A stretch of DNA of 49,354 nt, counting the filler, from Catajapyx aquilonaris (Eukaryota), in assembly GCA_000934665.2 (NCBI GenBank). It is 2 parts of 2 records of this genome, joined end to end, with 100 filler letters (N's around TTAATTAATTAA, not from the genome) between each part and the next. Parts side by side here need not be neighbours in the genome. Positions count along the whole stretch, not along the records: positions 1 to 24,579 come from JYFJ02005485.1; 1 more part is not named here. One strand, given 5' to 3'. The translations under genes were made by a program, and so were the position numbers. Positions 12,542 through 23,721 of the stretch are shown piece after piece (position 1 is the stretch's first letter; each line of letters starts with the position of its first letter). Below the pieces are notes generated by a model. The model was not told where the DNA came from. It worked only from the letters and a program-made list of their open reading frames with translations, and searched no databases.

Positions 12542-12982
12542 CTCATGCTCAACAGACAAGAAGACCAAGATCTAAAGAAGACGACTCAGATAAATGTGAC
12601 ATCACAGGAAGAAAATATCCATTTGGGACCTACAACACTGCACCCCTACCAAAAATAGCCACAAGCACCTGATGTTATATGGTACGTGTTAATTCAAGAC
12701 TTAATATTTCTTTAAACTCCTCATAATAAGGGTTAGCTGCAGCCTTCAAAATGAATGGGCAATTTACAACTAATCCAAGACTGATGCATTAGTGACATGG
12801 CTCAGGTTCAATCACAGCAACATATTTAGCCATATAATGCACATTAACACCAAACTTATGAAACTCCTAATGTACAAAGCGGCATGCAATTAGCTATGAT
12901 CCACTGTTACCATTATTGCAATAGCATTATGATTCCAGAAATTTCCACATTTGGAACAATTGGCATAATTGTAGCATGTTAA

Positions 12983-13348
12983 GGGCCGGTTTCACAAGGG
13001 GGTAATCACTTCGGTACTCCGGTGTACACCTGCAGTGGTACTCTTCGGTACTCCTTTGGTACTCCTTGGTACTCTTCGGTACTCCTCGGTACTCCTTGGT
13101 ACTCCTCGGTACTCCTCGGTACTCTTTGGTACTCTTTGGTACTCCTCGGTACTCCTCGGTACTCCTTGGTACTCCTTGAATTTGGTACTCCGGTGTACAC
13201 TTTTCAGTCGAGTGATTACCCCCTTGCGGTTTCACCGAGCTTGGTATATGATAAAACCAGGTTTCTTTAGGAAAATCCATACAAATAGATAGGGTTTTTG
13301 CTAAAGAACCGTGGTTTTATCATATACTGAGCTCGGTGAAACCGGCCC
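12983..13348. mobile_element. PIF/Harbinger-type MITE with TAA TSD, interrupted in its left TIR
   Basis: TAA|GGGCCGGTTTCAC ... GTGAAACCGGCCC|TAA. Removing 12995-13226 and one TSD copy restores a near-perfect hairpin of about 126 bp. Confidence 0.85.
12995..13226. mobile_element. CAAGGGGG-terminal MITE with 8-bp TSD (P- or hAT-superfamily)
   Basis: 16-bp TIR CAAGGGGGTAATCACT / AGTGATTACCCCCTTG. TSD CGGTTTCA at 12987-12994 and 13227-13234. About 14 internal GGTACTC(C/T)T(C/T) 10-mers. Confidence 0.9.
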
Positions 13349-13535
13349 TAAGTATTGCTTTCCTCTAGTAAAAATGTACTGAAATGTAAAATGTAAAAAA
13401 ATGCAGTAAATTAAAATAAATGGAAATATTTTACAGACGAACCTTAGTATTTTATGACCATATGTTCCTGAGAATGCCTGTCGTTTTGTCTCGTTGAATT
13501 CAGATGGAACAAGCGGATTGCATATTCCGTGTGTG

Positions 13536-13568
<33 letters not shown>

Positions 13569-13814
13569 GAGCAGGGAGAGGGGGGGGATTGCAATATACC
13601 GCAATAATTGTCACGTTAATTTTCTATAACGACGTAGCGCCTGTTATTAAAACATCTACAGTATACTACGTCGACAGGACACACCAGTCCTTCGTAGTAT
13701 ATTATTTCTGTATCATAATTATATGCTTAAAATAAAATACTTAGCAAATAATAAATCAAGCAATTATTGTAATATTCGAAATTTGCCGCCCATAGTTACA
13801 ACTAGTTCCAAAAT

Positions 13815-14052
13815 CTCTCACCAGATGGCAACCAACACCCGGGGACCGCTCTCGCCATCTGTTGGCAGAAAAAGGAACTGAGCATATTCGGACGCGACCA
13901 AAGAAACCGGTTGCTATTCGGACTGGACCAAGATGGCCGAACATTCCATCCTTTTCGTCCTGTTCTCTTCTGACTGGAAAAGTGGCTTGGATTCTGCCCC
14001 TTTGGATATGAAACCGGGGCTGTAGGAACAGGCCACGTCCACTCGGGAGCAG
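13815..14052 (+). promoter_or_regulatory. candidate promoter and 5' exon of zinc-finger gene B
   Basis: Two oppositely oriented AGATGGC motifs (CTCF-like), a CAAGATGGC motif (YY1/Pho-like) near 13929, and a strong donor CAG|GTAATG at 14053. Inference only. Confidence 0.3.
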
Positions 14053-14229
14053 GTAATGAAAACAGGGCAGGAGGTCCACAGCCTGACCCGCCTGCCCTAA
14101 TAATGCAGCTCTCTTTATTAGGTGACAAGTCTGAGCCAAATGCACGTCCCTTAACGACCTGACTACACTTGCTCTTCGCTCTGAGGCCATCAACTTACGC
14201 AGGGTAACACCCTGCATAACCAGCACATT

Positions 14230-14514
14230 CCCTGGAACCGTGCCGTGCCTACAAGTATTACGGCAACCGTGCCGTGGGGTCTTGTCGGACCCCACCATAT
14301 TTTATATTTTATTAATTATTATATAATACTTTTCAATGTATTGACTATATGCAATTATTCTTTGAACAATGCCTAAAATGATCGCTCATTCAAAATAAAC
14401 ATGCACTTCCTGTTATATACTGTAAAAAAAATGACAAAAGTTCATTGTAATCATCATTTTAATGCATTTTTTTTCCTTGGGGGTCCAAAAAGACCCCACG
14501 GCACGGTTCCAGGG
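14230..14514. mobile_element. piggyBac-type MITE
   Basis: TIR CCCTGGAACCGTGCCGTG / CACGGCACGGTTCCAGGG followed by TTAA at 14515. The left TTAA is not intact. Confidence 0.75.
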
Positions 14515-14613
14515 TTAATTACACTAGTCAACAAGGTTTTTGGCCCATGAACAATTTTAGCTGTTTCTATTGCATTCATACGGGTTGATTGCGAATAAGA
14601 AGTCAGAAAGTGT

Positions 14614-14926
14614 GGTGGCCGAGATGGTATAACGTCTCTGCTTGCTGTGCGAAAGGTCCGGGGTTCTAATCCCCGCCCAGGAGTGCCCTTTCGCCTGCGT
14701 CAGTGGGTCTCTGGTCCGCGCCTAAGGAGGCGTCTTGGCAGCCAGCCTCCTGGGGGACTGCACATGACCCTCTTCAGATATTGCACTTGCGTCCCCCTCC
14801 CAAATCCCCCCATCCTTACCCTACTTCCCTTATTGTCCTTGCATGGAGTCCGAAGAAAAACTGAAAATGATTCAAATGGTGGTAATCCACCCCCCCGAAA
14901 AGGCAATGGGTTAAACAAAAGAAAAA
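14614..14926 (+). mobile_element. tRNA-derived SINE, family 1
   Basis: Same head as the 10465 copy, A-rich tail, TSD AAGTCAGAAAGTGT at 14600-14613 and 14927-14940. Confidence 0.9.
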
Positions 14927-15504
14927 AAGTCAGAAAGTGTCCATCACCATCCATTTTTCTGTAACAGCCATACCTTATTTTGCGGAAAGTACACTGCACA
15001 TTACTCAATATGACTAATATATTATGGTCAACAATGGTTTTGTTAATCCTGTCATTTTCACTTTTTACCCTGTATTAGTATGCGCTGATTCTGAATATGA
15101 AGTCAAAATTTCAATATCGGCATCCATTTTCTTGTAACAGGCCGTACTCTACCGAGAATAGGTCTACTTTGCATAGCTCAATGTCATTAATTTTTTGGGC
15201 AACATTGGGTTTTGTTTAAGCCTTGTGAATATGAAGTCATAATTTTAATATCGACATCCATTTTCTTGTAACAAGCATATCCCTTGTTTTCTAGAATTAC
15301 TGAACATTGCTCATTTTCACATTTTGTAAACATTATTCCATATGAGGATTTTGGTATATCTACAATGGGGGAATCATAATTAATCCATACTACGCGCAAT
15401 ACAATAGGAATCGCACATTCATGTACATGGATTTTAAAAAAAAGTCCAATTTTGTTCCCTAGTGTTATCATGACACAAATACTGCTATTTTCCCCCCTCC
15501 AGTG

Positions 15505-15717
15505 ATGGATCCAACCTCCAGCACCCTGCACAAATGTCGCTGCTGCCTCCAAACATTCCCCACACACTTGGAGCTTCTGGTGCACAGCTTCACCCACAGC
15601 AAATGGGACGAGATCCACAGGAGAAAGGAGGAGGATGGGCCAGGTGGACCAGGAGATGGCCAAGTGAAGGAAGAAGAAGAGGATGGAGGAGGACTCCATA
15701 TGGAATTCAAAGTTGAG
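15505..15717 (+). CDS. zinc-finger gene B, coding exon 1 (paralogous to gene A exon)
   Basis: Acceptor tttcccccctccag| at 15502, ATG at 15505. Encodes HKCRCCLQTFPTHLELLVHSFTHSKWD plus an acidic tract. 71 codons, donor GAG|GTTGAT. Confidence 0.8.
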
Positions 15718-15805
15718 GTTGATTGCACTTGGATGGTTGTTTGTAGTGTTGGGGACATTGGAATGGTGGTAATGGACTCTTCTAATTATTTCAAATTGTC
15801 TTAAG

Positions 15806-15970
15806 GAGGAAGGCCCAGCTCTGTGGCCACATCACGTCAAAGGAGAGCAGGATGGGCCAGCTGACAGTGAAGTACTAGTTGCCAGGGAAGGCCTTGAAAT
15901 GCCTGGCAACTCACCATTGCAGAGTGGCAACTCAGAGGGAGAGGACAATGCCACCAATGAACCACCTGCT
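15806..15970 (+). CDS. zinc-finger gene B, coding exon 2 (acidic linker)
   Basis: ttaag|GAG...GCT|GTAAGT. 55 open codons EEGPALWPHHVKGE...NEPPA, phase 0/0. Confidence 0.75.
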
Positions 15971-16147
15971 GTAAGTATATTGGGTTTTTAATTCCGGGGT
16001 CGTTTCCGGAAAAAAAGGCCACAGCCGCTTCCTTCCGTCCCTATCCTATCCCACAAAGCTAAGTAAAATGAAAGCAAAGAGTTCCAGTCAAAACAAAATT
16101 GGGATGAACTCCCGCCCTAAAGAGCCCCCAGCTGATAACGGGTATGA

Positions 16148-16213
<66 letters not shown>
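16148..16213. repeat. (ATT)n microsatellite
   Basis: Uninterrupted att run. Confidence 0.97.
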
Positions 16214-16402
16214 TGCACTTGTTTTTTTCCCCCTGTTTGTAGGAGCAACAACTCCCCTTTCCTGCCGTCGAAAAGGAAATTGCTTCCTCACACTACTTTA
16301 TGCATGGGGTGAGTCACACTCTGGGTTGCAATGGGATTTGATGCAGTGAAATTGTTTTCATGATATTATTCAGTAATTAAAACAATGTAATTTAAATTCC
16401 AG

Positions 16403-16536
16403 ATAGAACTGAGGCGCTTTTCTATTGTGGTGGATCCCATTAAATTTTGCCAAAAATGCTCCAAGCCATTTGTGACAAAGAGGAATTGAAGGCACATGAG
16501 AGAGAAGAGCATTTGGAAAGAAGTTATGCAGAAAAG
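16403..16536 (+). CDS. zinc-finger gene B, exon 3 (one finger, 1-nt frameshift)
   Basis: ttccag|ATA...AAG|GTGAGG, 134 nt. Adding one A in acaaagagg yields CQKCSKPFVTKEELKAHEREEH and restores phase 0. Confidence 0.75.
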
Positions 16537-17722
16537 GTGAGGATAAATGACCAAGCATGGATTGGATTAGAGTTGAATTTGGGTTTATCATGGGTAACCC
16601 CATTCCTAATTGTAATTATTAAGGAGTAAGGCGGTGCAGTACCAATAAAATATGGTAACAATGCAAGTCCTTGGCGACGACCTAATCAAACTCGCTTATG
16701 CATGGCAGCATATGGGGATTCGACATGTCTACATTTCTGTGGGCGTACGACTGCAAAAATGGTTCAATCGACACAGAAATCGGATCAAAAAATAGTAGAT
16801 GATCTGGCGCAGGTGCCCTAGGTTGTCTTTTCCCCATTTTGGCCTAAAAGTGACATTTAGGACGAGTTGAAGTGAGTGGAAAACGTCGCTTTCGAAAAGT
16901 CCATTTGAATAACATGCGTGCAGAAAACCGGACACATTTCTTTGGCCGGATGTCCACAATTTTAATGTGATCATGCCGAGTATGGTATCATTGTAAAGGC
17001 CAAACCTTTGCGCAGGTGCCCTAGGTCGTGTTTTTTCAGTTTAATGCCGCGTTTCACCACAAAAAAATGAAAGTTCCCTCAAAAATGCACCTACCATATT
17101 TTTACTATTTCCGTACTCGCCAACATGAACTTCGACTTAGGGAGACTGAAAATGCATTGTTATCTCATTGCAATGTTTTTTGTGCCAAATATGTAGTTGG
17201 CGGTGCCGGCCGTGAAGTTGGCACCGCCAATTTATTTTTTAAATAAAAAGTTTCCGTGATTGGAACAAATTGATCTGGTGGTGGAACAATGTGGAACTCT
17301 CTTGGAACAAACTTACTTTCTGGTTGCGTCTTATAATATAGCAGAACTCTTAGATTGAAACAGGGATTGGGTAAGTTTTTCTCATTCCCAAGGAAATGTA
17401 AGTTGGGCAACGATGACATAGAATGTTGCAAGTCTCATTTATCTTTGCCAAGTAACCTAATTCAAATCATTTCTATAGTATGTAGACGTGACCTTGGAGG
17501 ATAGAGTGAACCTGGAAAACCAGTAGTTGTCGATCATAAAACCTATTTTAATCACACTGAATTCGAATCCGAAAACTGTTTGTCACTATCTTCTTCAGTT
17601 TAATCCCTAATAACTGTCCACAATCAGATAGACTGACAGACAGGTGTTCTATAAGACTTTATTTTTTAAATAAGAAAAAGTCTAAACTGACAATATCCTG
17701 ATATGATTTCCATACTTTTCAG

Positions 17723-19438
17723 GATTTTGCATCACCAAGCAAGAAGGTTAAGAAAGAGCAACCATTACTGGCTTGTGCTGAGTGTGGGAAAACCTTTAGC
17801 AAGCTGAATTATTTAATGATGCATAGGAAAGTGCACAAGGATAAATCTGTCAAGTGTAAACACTGTGGGAGAGTATTTACACATATGGGTAATCTCAGTA
17901 TTCATATTCGTGCAAAGACATGTCAGAAGTCGTTAACGTGTGATCAGTGTGACAGATCATTTAAATGTCACTCAGCCCTGTCTAACCATATGGCAGTTCA
18001 CTCTGATGACAGGCCGTTCAAGTGCGACAAGTGCAGTAAGTCCTTCAAGTATAATTACGGTTTGAAACAACATTTGAAGGACCATACAGGGAAAGGGTTG
18101 ATAGAAGCATTCAATAGAGTGTTTGGAGATGAAATAGGTCATACTGTTGATGAAGCTGAAAAATATCTCCGTTCAGGCAGTGGGAATGATGCGTATATCA
18201 GCTGTCCATATTGTGCACACATTTTGAAATCCAGCACTGGCTTATTGAAACATGTAAGATATTTACACAGAGGTGACAACGCATTTTCTTGTGAATTATG
18301 TTCTGAGAAATTTAATTCTTACCATCATTTGGATACGCACAAGAAAAGAGCTCATGACATTGGGAAAGTGCACACCTGCAAATATTGTGGTAAAGTTTGC
18401 CTCGGCACATCTGCACTTGCTGTACATGAGCGTAGTCACACTGGTGAGAGGCCATTCAAGTGTGATGTGTGTTCAAAGAGCTTGTGTTCAAATAGGTCCC
18501 TGCTGTCTCACAAGCTAGCAGCACATTCTGATGAGACTCCTCATTTCATATGTGATAAATGTGGAAAGGGGTTCAAACTGAGAGAATGGCTGAATGTTCA
18601 CATGAAGAAAGCACATGGTGCACATCACAGGGAGAAGCATGCTTGCAAACACTGCCCTAAAGTCTTCGCTAGTAAATCTAGTTTGCAGGATCATATGAGG
18701 AGGTTTCATGAGGGAGATATGTCCCACATCGGTTGCCCTGATTGCTCATGTAAATGTCCCAGCCGATCGGATCTAATTCGTCACAGACGAAAGTATCATG
18801 GTTATAAGACAAAGGGACATGAGGAACATAAGTGTCCCACTTGCAATCAAGTGCTATTTTCTAAGATCAAGTTTGACATTCATGTGAGACATCACACAGG
18901 AGAGAGACCATTCAAGTGCACTGAATGCAGTAAAGGTTTTATTTCCCGTAGAGGCCTTATTAGACACATGATTTATTTGCATTCTTCACAGCACAGTTGC
19001 CCAGATTGTTCATATAAAACTGGTACGAGATGGTTTCTAAAACGCCACATGCAAAGCATGCATGGCTACAAGTGTAAGGACTATAAATGTTCCATTTGCC
19101 ATATTGTGCTCGTGTCTAAGAGAAAGTTTCACATTCACATGTTACGACATCGCACAGGAGAGAGACCATTCAGGTGCACTGAATGTAGTGAAGGTTTTAT
19201 TTCGCGTCATCATTTGCATAAACACATGTTGACACATTCGCAAGGAAACTTTAGCAAGTGCAGAATTTGCTCCCAGAGTTTCAGTTCTCCTGCAAATTTG
19301 AAAAATCATAAATGTGAACACACAGATGCCGAGCAATTTGAATGTAATTGGTGTGGTAGGGTCCTCAAAAATCGCAACAGTCTTGTAAATCATTTGCAGA
19401 TATGCCAGATTGAAAATGGAGGAAAATGTGTTACTTGA
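17723..19438 (+). CDS. zinc-finger gene B, terminal exon with about 18 C2H2/C2HC fingers
   Basis: Acceptor cttttcag| at 17722 gives DFASPSKKVKKEQPLLACAECGK, in frame with ORF 17816-19438. TGERP linkers present. Confidence 0.92.
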   Translation, partial: DFASPSKKVKKEQPLLACAECGKTFSKLNYLMMHRKVHKDKSVKCKHCGRVFTHMGNLSIHIRAKTCQKSLTCDQCDRSFKCHSALSNHMAVHSDDRPFKCDKCSKSFKYNYGLKQHLKDHTGKGLIEAFNRVFGDEIGHTVDEAEKYLRSGSGNDAYISCPYCAHILKSSTGLLKHVRYLHRGDNAFSCELCSEKFNSYHHLDTHKKRAHDIGKVHTCKYCGKVCLGTSALAVHERSHTGERPFKCDVCSKSLCSNRSLLSHKLAAHSDETPHFICDKCGKGFKLREWLNVHMKKAHGAHHREKHACKHCPKVFASKSSLQDHMRRFHEGDMSHIGCPDCSCKCPSRSDLIRHRRKYHGYKTKGHEEHKCPTCNQVLFSKIKFDIHVRHHTGERPFKCTECSKGFISRRGLIRHMIYLHSSQHSCPDCSYKTGTRWFLKRHMQSMHGYKCKDYKCSICHIVLVSKRKFHIHMLRHRTGERPFRCTECSEGFISRHHLHKHMLTHSQGNFSKCRICSQSFSSPANLKNHKCEHTDAEQFECNWCGRVLKNRNSLVNHLQICQIENGGKCVT

Positions 19439-19446
19439 ATGGGGAA

Positions 19447-19704
19447 GGAGTAGGTCCTTTGGACACGCGAAAGGAGGGAGGGTGAGTAGTGTGGCAGGGG
19501 GGGAGCTTGGCTGTGTCGCTAAGGCAAGGATGCAAGTATTGGTTTTTTGGATTTTGGAAGGGGTATGCTGTACCATCTTAACCTCACCTAACCTTCCTTC
19601 CTTGCGGATACATGCCTATCCTTTATCCTTGCCTTTGCGACACATCCCGCTGCCCCCGCCGACTACTACCCTCCGTCCTTTCACATGTCCAAAGGACCTA
19701 CTCC
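19447..19704. mobile_element. foldback MITE immediately 3' of the gene B stop codon
   Basis: ggagtaggtcctttggacacgcgaaaggagggagggt pairs with accctccgtcctttcacatgtccaaaggacctactcc; the inner arms (tgtgtcgctaaggcaaggat / atccttgcctttgcgacaca) also pair. Confidence 0.8.
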
Positions 19705-20120
19705 AACCAAGAGCTTGCTCCAACTCATGAATGGTTGGATGTGTTCATTGTTGAGCATCCATGTTTTACATGTTATAGTTATGGAGATTTTTGGGCATAT
19801 TATGTCATGCAGAAAATATTTACTATAACACTATCATCTGCTGTTGGTACTAGACTTACAAAATACCGTGTCCAACGTGGCAGTGGCTGAGCTCCAGAAT
19901 AGTGCTCTCAATCCTGCCAAAGATAATGACCATGATAATGACAAAAAATGTATGTGGCCTTGTGAGCAGTGATAATAACTTATGATGAATAAAGAGGTCC
20001 CTTCACCCTGACATCTTGTAAATAAGCCTCACCTGGGTGTGCGTTTCGAAAGGGAGCAATGTGTGTGTATGTGCTATTATAGAGGGTGATTAGATGGGAG
20101 AAAATTAAAAACCTAGGAAT

Positions 20121-20390
20121 AATAATAATAATAATAATGGATACCATTGATAGGCCCCTTGGGTCTCTTAGGGGATCATCTTTTGAATAACCGTCTTTAA
20201 TCATTTGCCTGTAATGTGATGGATTTTGATAGTGGGAGGAAACGGGAGAACCCCGAGAAAACCCACGCGAACACGGAGAGAACCCATCGAAACTCTATCC
20301 ACATAAGTATCCTCCGTCCGACCTGGGGATCGAACTCGGGACCTTAGAGGTGGAAGGCTGCGGCGCTAACCATCCGGCCACCATGTCACC
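20121..20390 (-). mobile_element. tRNA-derived SINE with V-SINE-like central domain
   Basis: A and B boxes on the minus strand, segment gtgggaggaaacgggagaaccccgagaaaacccacgc, (TTA)n tail, TSD AAAACCTAGGAAT at 20108-20120 and 20391-20403. Confidence 0.88.
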
Positions 20391-20849
20391 AAAACCTAGG
20401 AATGGAAAGTCTGATATGTCATGTGCGGGCGTGCCAGGTTGAAAATGATGGAAAAAACCTTGTTACTTGAACGGTTGGCTTTGTTGGAACTCTGTATGTA
20501 TGTGGCATTGTGGCTCTAGATATTATATTTATGGGTACATTATTAGTTATGCAGAAAACAAGACCTCTTGCAATATTACCTGCTGTAGATTGCTGGCTCC
20601 CTCTAGCAGACTTTTGAAATATTTTATGGGAAATCCCTGTGGTCTACAAACGAGGATATGTTCCTGAGAATGTCTGTCATTTTGTCTCTTTGAATATTCA
20701 GTTGGACCAAATAATTTTCCACTTTTCCTAAATTTGCATCTCATTTATCAAAAATCTATATCAGGTTTTGATATTATTTTATCACAGAACCTGTCTCTCC
20801 TTTAAGAAGATAATATAAAAAGAATATTGCATATTAAAAATGGGTGTTT

Positions 20850-21425
20850 TCCAGATATTAATTTATTGAAATGTGCATGTTGTTGCTATGCATAAAAACA
20901 AAAATCACCGCTCAGTAATAAATTCGTATCTCACTTAATACAAATACATACCGAATTTTTATATATTTTAATAATATAACGCATTCTACTTCGTTATAGA
21001 AAAAATAAAGATTAAATATTTAAAATGGCTTCTTCGAGAAAATATTTATTTGAAGTGTGCATATTGTAGCACAATGACGAAAGTTGTCACCTTACAAAAA
21101 TTTGTATCTCACGTATAAGAAATATATACCTGGTTTTGACACTACTTAATTTTATAACATGTCCGTCCTTGTAAAATAAAAAATAAAAATAAAATATTAA
21201 AAATTGCTTTTTTGAGAAAATATTTATTTTAAAAAGTGTGCATATTGTAGCACAATTACAAAAGTTGTGACTTTTCAAAAATTTATATCTCACGCATAAA
21301 AAATATATTCGGGGTTTTGACGCCAGGTAATTTTATGCCATGCCTTTCCTTGTAAAATAAAAAATAAAAATAAATTTTAAAAAAATGGCTTTTTTGAGAA
21401 AATAATTTTTGAAATATGCATGTTT
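20850..21425. repeat. about 180-bp tandem repeat (about 3 units), probably inside a DNA transposon
   Basis: gagaaaatatttatt...gtgtgcatattgtagcacaat recurs near 21037 and 21214, with a partial copy near 21395 and a degenerate copy upstream. Confidence 0.8.
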
Positions 21426-21929
21426 TCGCTTGTTGCCATATTTTCACCTCGCATATCTCAACTACACGCGGAGCTAACGAGAGTTTTATTTCATAACCTG
21501 TAGGGGGTCACCGAGTATATCACAAAATATAATGAGCACAACCGTCACGTTTACCATAACGGCGTAATAAATTGCGAAATATGCGAATTTTGACCAAAAT
21601 ATGCAAGATTTGAGATTTTTATGACGGTGACTGTACCATTAAATAAGATAAATTTATGCATCACATAACAGTGCATTATTCCAAAAGCATGAGTTTAAAA
21701 TTTCATATTGGTTTTCAGAGCAGTTTCCGAGATATACTCATTGAAAGCAATGGAAAAAGTGTATCTGCCCGTGATTGTGATTTTGGTACACTTTAAAATA
21801 AATATTAATATCTCGATAACTAAATTTAAATTCGTAAAACTGATTGCTCCATAAGAGTTCAATATTGGTTGTGGGTTTCACATTTTTTTTTTTTTTTAAT
21901 AGATGACTGAATTGACACCTTTTTTTTTC

Positions 21930-22930
21930 ACTCACTGGCTGATCGGAAATGGAACCACCCTGATATTGACCACTGTGAGGCCATCACAACACAAAAAATG
22001 CTGTTGCAGCAGTGCACGGCAAGCGATGAGGTGCACCATTATCATTTCAATGTCAAAGATTGTCACTCGACATCCTTTGCCATTGCTCTGCTGTCGAGCT
22101 GGATTTAGCGGAGACACAACAATAAGGCCAATGAAACGCAGCCAACCAGCTCCGAATATATTACTGAAAGTGTATCACAACAATAATATTAATTTATTCA
22201 TTAAAAAATCCCCAACAGGACGATTGGACCAGCAGGTTATTAGACAGGGTTAAAATACGTCCAGATAAGTGATGTATAGGCAACATCATGCACGACATGA
22301 TTTGTGTGTGCTGACGAAAGCTGACCTTGGCTCAATATGCAGATATTGCTGTCTGTCGTCAAATATTCTGAAAACAAGAGTGGAGGACCATCAATCCATC
22401 ATGCATTGCACTGTACTCGCGAAGAGGCCTTGGAGCCTCGTGTCATACTCCAGCTGCATCAGACTAGTCAGATCGAATCAAAGCATTTTTCTGTAGATAT
22501 GACGTGTAAAGGGGGTGGGTGGATGGGGGGTAGGAACTGCCCAATCTTTCTTTCCCTGCCTGGAGTTGCCTGGAGTTGTTTTGAGAAGGTTCTCTCTGAC
22601 GACGGACCTGCACCATATGGTAAGCATCCCTAATTGCTGGGGGATAGTACAGCATGCATTGTGCATACGTACTATGCCATTGAACCAGTCAAGCACTTGT
22701 GAAATATTGCGGCATATATTATATCGAATATTGTTTCTAGGGGAGACAACACTGACTTGAAGGCCAGCACTTATTGGGTGCGAGGACGTGTCTCCATCGA
22801 CGCTGATGACTGTCAACATGGTCATCGGGATGTGTTGTCAACATTAAGCACTTGACGACCACCCTTACAACTCTGGTGAGTACCTGACAAACACAACCCT
22901 CCGACATCTTCCATGCTCAATCTTCCTGCC
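21930..22930 (-). pseudogene. decayed non-LTR retrotransposon ORF2 fragments
   Basis: Minus-strand VISVDGDTSSHPISAGLQVSVVSP resembles the RT GxPQGSxxSP motif. MVHLIAC resembles a C-terminal zinc knuckle. Confidence 0.3.
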
Positions 22931-23289
22931 AGTTCCCGTGTTTTTCCAGTGGGGATTGTAGATGAAGCGAAATATCGCAATAATTCCAAATTTTTTTCAT
23001 GCCTTGGTGAAAAGCAGGGTTTCAAATTCGGTAATCTGCGAATTTTTAACCTTGAAAATGGCTCCAGGAGACTATTGGAATGTGCGGAAAATTTTTATTG
23101 CCACATTTTCATTAATAGTAGAATATTCCAAATTTCTCGAGTCATAATTAACTAAAACTGGCAACAACTGACAGGAGCTGGCCCATTGTACCCCACTTGA
23201 TTAGGGTATTGTCATGAGGTTCCACTAGAATTGAACTCGTGTCATCCAGTTTGCGAATTATTTGACTCAAAATAGGGCATTGTTAAAAA

Positions 23290-23721
23290 GGATGTCTTCC
23301 AGCAGGATTGATTTTGCCGTGTGACATGATTATTTTTATTGGACGTTCTTAATATTTCATGAAATGAAACTGTTTTTTAAAAATGTCATAGTATTGAAAA
23401 CCGCTGGGCTCGAAAGTTGACAATTTGCAATTTTTGCATTTGAAATTGTCAAAGCATGTACTTTAGGTAGAATTCGCAATTTTTCAGGCAATGGTACGAC
23501 GACTGGCAATTTTTTTGTTAGTCCTAAAATATAATTGGCCATTCTCTGAAAAATTGAGAATAATTCTGGGAAGCTTCCTAGTGCCTGTCGTGGATGCAGA
23601 AATTGCAAATTCTAGACTTTCGAGCCCAGGTTTTCGCTACTCAACGGGCGTATTTAAAAACAGTTTCACTTCATTCATAATTTATCTTGTCAGACGGCAC
23701 AATCGATCCTGCAAGGCATCC
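23290..23721. mobile_element. degenerate foldback element
   Basis: Paired inverted blocks: atgaaatgaaactgttttt / aaaaacagtttcacttcat and ctgggctcgaaagt / actttcgagcccag. Confidence 0.7.

Noticed and set aside
13037..13177. CRISPR-like or coding repeat (ORFs 12927-13292)
   Set aside because: Contiguous 10-mers without spacers inside a TIR/TSD-bounded MITE; the ORFs are repeat artefacts.
13756..14298. 180-aa minus-strand ORF
   Set aside because: No recognisable domain; it starts within a MITE and overlaps the candidate + strand 5' exon.
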